Source: Zygophlyctis sp. KS116
Lineage: Eukaryota > Fungi > Chytridiomycota
Reading direction: 5' to 3'
Assembly (NCBI GenBank): GCA_054661495.1
Contig: BAAFSQ010000299.1
Coordinates: 1 to 12,035 of the forward strand
Length of the DNA: 12,035 bases
Below are positions 8,154-12,035 of this stretch, piece after piece. How positions within the stretch are numbered: position 1 is the stretch's first letter; the number at the start of each line of letters is the position of its first letter. The notes beneath the pieces are model-generated. The model ran no database searches and had not been told where the DNA came from. It saw nothing but the letters and a program-made list of their open reading frames with translations. Position numbers and translations under genes: made by a program.

Positions 8154-9873
8154 ATGGCCGGCGGTGGATCTTCAAGTACAGACCAGAGCCAAGATTGGCA
8201 AAAAGCTGCTGGGATCACAATTGCTGTAATAGGAAGTTTCTTGACTGGTGCTGCTTTTGTCTTGCAGAAGAAGGCTCACATGGCTGGAGATGAAATGGAT
8301 CCAACTTCAAACGCATATCTGAAAAATCCAATTTGGTGGATGGGAATGCTCTCTCGTAAGTACCTCATCAAATATTAAATGTTTACTGCTTGAAACAAGC
8401 TGATTTACATTATAATTTCGCTCGCTGTTAACATTTTTAGTCGGAATCGGGGAAGTATGTAATTTTGCTGCATATGCCTTTCAACCGGCAATTGTTGTAG
8501 CTCCTTTAGGAGCACTTAGTGTCGCTGTAAGTGCTGTTATGGCAGCATGGGTGCTAAAGGAAAGAGTATCATTTTCTGGGTGTGTTGGTATCATACAGTG
8601 CATATTGGGTTCTGTAATAATTGTATTATATGCTCCTGTATCTAATACTACAAAAACTGTTGATGAATTTTTTAGCTATGTTTTAAAACCAGGATTTCTT
8701 GTATATAGTTTTTTATGCGGAGGAATACTAATCTATTTAATACATTTTGCGGCTAAGAAATATGGTCAACAGCATCCAGCAGTTTTTATTTCTGTTGTTG
8801 CGATTGTAGGCTCTTATTTGGTATTATCTGCGCAAGGTTTTGGATCCTCTTTGGTTCATACAATAATCTCTTTTCCTAATGAAAATCAATTTACAAACTG
8901 GGCAATTTACCCATTATTGGCATTTGTAATCGCTTGTGCTGTCAGTCAAATTATTTTTCTCAACAAGGCTTTGAATTGTTTTTCTCCTGCAGTGGTTGCA
9001 CCGATTAATTATGTTTTTTTCACTACAATGACGATTATTTCTTCAGCTGTACTATTTCAAGGGTTCAATGTATCCTCTATAACTGATGGTATTTCCATGT
9101 TGATTGGATTTTTGGTAATTATTGGAGGAGTGTCGCTTTTATTTCAATATTCATTAAACTTGAATAAGCTGCGTCTGCTCTCTAAAGTAGTTGAAGACAT
9201 TGATGATGCAGATGATGCTCAATCAATAGATGAAAATCCAATCAAAATTTTAAATGAAGGGATAAGTATGGCAAGAAGAGAAACTACAAAATCAGAGACT
9301 GATCTTCCTGAAGGGACTATTGTACCATCTCAAGCATTGAATGAATCCATGGAATCTTTCCAAATGAGACGGCATTCATTAGAGCCTGTATCGTTCAGGC
9401 CTAAAGATCAGCAAGATTCTCAAGTTGTTTTGCAAAATAATCCGGATACAGTAGTATTTTCTTTTGATAAAAGAGTACCTAAAGCACTCGTACCATCTAT
9501 TACGCCCATTCCAGAGATGTTGGAAAAATCTGTAGATAAATTAACCTCAAACTCTGCATTAGATATAGAACTACGTAGATTCAATACCCATTCTTCAAGT
9601 GAAAAATCATTTGCAGGATCATCTGACGTGTCTAAACTATTAGGCAGCGGTTCTGACGATCCAATTAATCAAATTCTTAAAGATAATAGTCTTTTGGGAC
9701 TTTCAGCAAAATTTGGTAGCATTGAAGATAATGTATCACATATTGAAGATTTTTCTAAAGATTCTTCTCGAGGAAATAAAATCCATTCAGAAGTAAAGGA
9801 AGATCCTACTGATCAAGTTCTTACTATTGATCTTTCAAACTCTAATCGTCCACATGAAGATTGGATGTGGTAG
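8154..9873 (+). CDS. NIPA-family magnesium transporter (DMT superfamily), 544 aa
   Basis: Exons 8154..8355 and 8441..9873; 85-nt intron. Motifs GAAFVLQKK, YLKNPIWWMG, spliced GEVCNFAAYAFQPAIVVAPLGALSV...LKE, QIIFLNKALN, VVAPINYVFFTT. Long hydrophilic C-terminal tail. Confidence 0.92.
8356..8440 (+). other. 85-nt spliceosomal intron, the only long intron in the window
   Basis: gtaagt donor, gttaac branch-like element, tttttag acceptor. Removal restores the conserved NIPA frame. Confidence 0.9.
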
Positions 9874-9983
9874 ATTTAATTTTGTTTGCATTTGGGGGTA
9901 AATCTAAATATATTTATTAAGACACATTAATTGAACTAATTTTACATTTAATCCAAAAAACAAAAGTAAAAAAACTAACCAGA

Positions 9984-10448
9984 CTAATCCCAAAAAACAC
10001 GAACTCTTTTCCCCTTGATAACATCATACACAATCAAAAACAAGTGATACATTCCTAAAAATACGACAGCATTACTCACAAACCACACAAGCAAAGCCTT
10101 CCCTTCTTCTAACCAATCAACAAAGATATATCTCTTTTGTAATGCATGAGTATTCCTTGATAGTCCCTTGTACCATCCATACAATGTCCGAATTGAATAT
10201 TTTTCAAACTTTAATGCATCGTCTCCTTTAAATTGCCTTAATGAAGATCCATAACTATTCCAGACATATTCTCTTACAGATTGATTAAACTCTCTAGTCA
10301 TCAAGTCATTAGAGATCAATTTCTGGTTTAGAATTTCTTGAGCAATATTATCTGATATATCTCTAGAAATAGCAATCACATCTGATTTCAATGCATGCAC
10401 AAAAACACTAGCAAACAGCAAACAATGAAAAACAAATTTCAAAATCAT
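9984..10448 (-). CDS. Orphan secretory-pathway protein, 154 aa: signal peptide, Kex2-like LQKR site, C-terminal hydrophobic segment
   Basis: aaaATG start context like neighbouring genes. Signal-like MILKFVFHCLLFASVFVHA, one NQS sequon, ALQKR|YIF, hydrophobic ALLVWFVSNAVVFLGMYHLFLIVY, then GKR. It fills the gap between NIPA and the next gene. No family recognised. Confidence 0.7.
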   Translation of the reverse strand: MILKFVFHCLLFASVFVHALKSDVIAISRDISDNIAQEILNQKLISNDLMTREFNQSVREYVWNSYGSSLRQFKGDDALKFEKYSIRTLYGWYKGLSRNTHALQKRYIFVDWLEEGKALLVWFVSNAVVFLGMYHLFLIVYDVIKGKRVRVFWD

Positions 10449-10543
10449 TTTTTAGCGGGAAACCTGGACTCTCGCCAATCAATTTGAACTTGAAAATTTT
10501 ATTAAAATTTGTAGTTTTTCCATTGAGTTTCTGAGTCCTTTAA

Positions 10544-12035
10544 ATGTCCAATGAATGTCCATCTATGAATTATAAACCTGTGTACGTAAATAATAAAATG
10601 TTGACTAGTCTTGGTGATTTTTTATTACAAAAGGAACTTTACTTTTCTCAAAAATTCAAGTCTGAAATTCTAAACTTTTCTGAAACTCTAAAAACACAGG
10701 GAGAGTTTGAATCTGTTTGTGTGTATGGATCTCTAGCAAAGAAAACTTGGATTCCAGGACTTTCGGACATTGATATGGTTGGTTATTTTTCTAATGATGA
10801 GAATGATCATTACCATAAGCTTGAAAGTTACTTGTTCTCTAAATTCGATGGGAAAGTCAAATCTTGGCCTACTAAATTCACAATTTCTTTTAATGGAATT
10901 AAAATTGATTTCAACTTGGAGAAATATTCTGGATCAAATGCATTGTTGACTCTCTTCAAGTCTGAAATATTTGAAGAATCTTTACCATTACAGTTACGTA
11001 AACATGGGCAAGAGGAATTAATGAAGGAATTAATGAAAGAATTGGAAAAAGACATTAAAGACTGTCAGACAAAGGTCAAGTTTCCAAAAATACCATCATT
11101 TATTATTGCAACTACAAAATATGTTTTGGATTTTTGTAAAGATGGTCCACTAAAACGAAAATTTACTCTGATTTGTAAATTCTGGGGATATTCAAATCCA
11201 AAAGATGTGGAATTCAAGTCAAAATCTTTGGTTTTAGAGTGTTTGGCAATTTACTCTTACAAGAAATCTATGAAACGGCAAAAGATTGAATCTCTAGAAG
11301 GACTTTTTATGGAATTTCTAAATATGGTGGAATTTGGATCAGAGTCTATCACTGCTGTTTTTGCAGAATATTTCATGGATATGACTGCCAATATTTCAAA
11401 AATTGAAATCATCTTAAATCATAGAGGGCCAATATTAACAGATCCTGGAAATATTTTAAATGCTTTAGAGGTTCCTTGGAAAAGTTTAAGAGGTTATGCA
11501 AAAAAGACTAGAGAAAGATTGAATAATCCCAAAATTAATACGCTTGTACTACCGCTTTTTAATTATTAGATGAATTTGTTTTCTGGATACTCTCAAAATC
11601 AAATTTCAATCAATTTTTTAGATTTTACAACTCAAGAAACAGATGCTGCAGAGATTATTACCAATCATCAAAGTCCTCATCCAGATACGGTAAAGTTTGA
11701 GCCTGAATGGTACCAAAATTTCGTGAAACAGAATATTTTAGGATCAATGATTGCTCTTTTTATCTGTTATGAGGCTGATATGATGTATAGTTTTATTTAA
11801 TGATTTTAAAGGATTTCATGGAGGGGGAGGAATGCAGTGCAAATTTCTGGAAAATGTCTAAATAGTTTGCCTCAGAAAGAAGATATTCTAGGATACTTTA
11901 ATTTGAACTCTAAAAATGTCAATGAGAAGGATAAGAAGACTGTCGGGTTTGAATATGTATTCTCGGATCAGCAAATTTGCATCAAAGTGAAAATTTGTTT
12001 AGGTTTCCTTGAAGAAAAGAGCATTCCCATGATAC
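10544..12035 (+). CDS. 2'-5' oligoadenylate synthetase (OAS)-like pol-beta-superfamily nucleotidyltransferase with an unrecognised C-terminal extension; 3'-open
   Basis: Predicted exons 10544..11545, 11570..11784, 11812..>12035 (at least 480 aa). Catalytic VYGSLAKKTWIPGLSDIDMV (G62, S63, D75, D77) and IKIDF (D122). OAS C-lobe-like motifs LICKFW (K212), SLVLECLAIYSY, RGPILTDPGN, W..L...A. Confidence 0.8.
11015..11050 (+). repeat. 12-bp coding tandem repeat (ELMK-ELMK-ELEK)
   Basis: gaattaatgaag gaattaatgaaa gaattggaaaaa is seen directly. Confidence 0.75.
11546..11569 (+). other. Predicted 24-nt phase-0 intron whose acceptor TAG is the apparent stop of ORF 10544..11569
   Basis: gtactaccgctttttaattattag; size, ttaat branch-like element and tag acceptor match the other introns in the window. 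Confidence 0.75.
11785..11811 (+). other. Predicted 27-nt phase-2 intron containing the apparent stop of ORF 11570..11800
   Basis: gtatagttttatttaatgattttaaag; removal gives a frame open to the end of the window (MISWRGRNAVQISGK...EEKSIPMI). Confidence 0.7.

Noticed and set aside
8356-8440. Intronic box C/D snoRNA in the 85-nt intron
   Set aside because: A CTGA is present (8400-8403) but there is no RUGAUGA box C upstream of it, so it is not supportable from sequence alone.
11567-11572. TAG-ATG junction read as stop-codon readthrough, translational coupling or a reassigned genetic code
   Set aside because: A 24-nt GT..AG intron of the standard local size explains it, and TAG, TAA and TGA all act as real stops in conserved genes of this window.
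10544-12035. Bacterial CBASS operon or bacterial contaminant
   Set aside because: The gene has predicted host-type tiny introns, the same aaATG start context and spacing as its eukaryotic neighbours, and no recognisable Cap2/Cap3/SAVED/patatin genes in the window. Ancient HGT is not excluded.
1-12035. tRNA/rRNA genes, CRISPR arrays, transposons
   Set aside because: Nearly all bases are accounted for by exons, tiny introns and spacers of 110 nt or less. I saw no cloverleaf, repeat-spacer array, terminal repeats or transposase/RT motifs.

Overview
This is eukaryotic nuclear DNA, most likely fungal (TOK-type K+ channel, Hrr25/Hhp1-type CK1); an early-diverging lineage is an inference. It is AT-rich and extremely compact. 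Ten protein genes are separated by spacers of only 26-110 nt and broken by 12 GT-AG introns, 11 of them only 23-29 nt, so the ORF track fragments most genes. After manual splicing the order is: tandem cNMP-binding-domain protein (+, 5'-open), 8TM/2-pore TOK K+ channel (+), casein kinase 1 (+), class I heme peroxidase of the CcP/APx family (-), CBS-domain protein (-), mitochondrial ribosomal protein mL49/Img2 (-), OTU deubiquitinase with a signal-peptide-like N-terminus (+), NIPA Mg2+ transporter (+), a 154-aa secretory-pathway orphan with Kex2-like sites (-), and a 2'-5' oligoadenylate synthetase (OAS)-like nucleotidyltransferase (+). Two small introns appear to join the OAS-like domain to an unrecognised C-terminal domain that runs off the window. 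The OAS-like gene and its head-to-head partner are the best candidate for an undescribed nucleotide-second-messenger or defence system. All calls come from reading motifs by eye; no searches were run.
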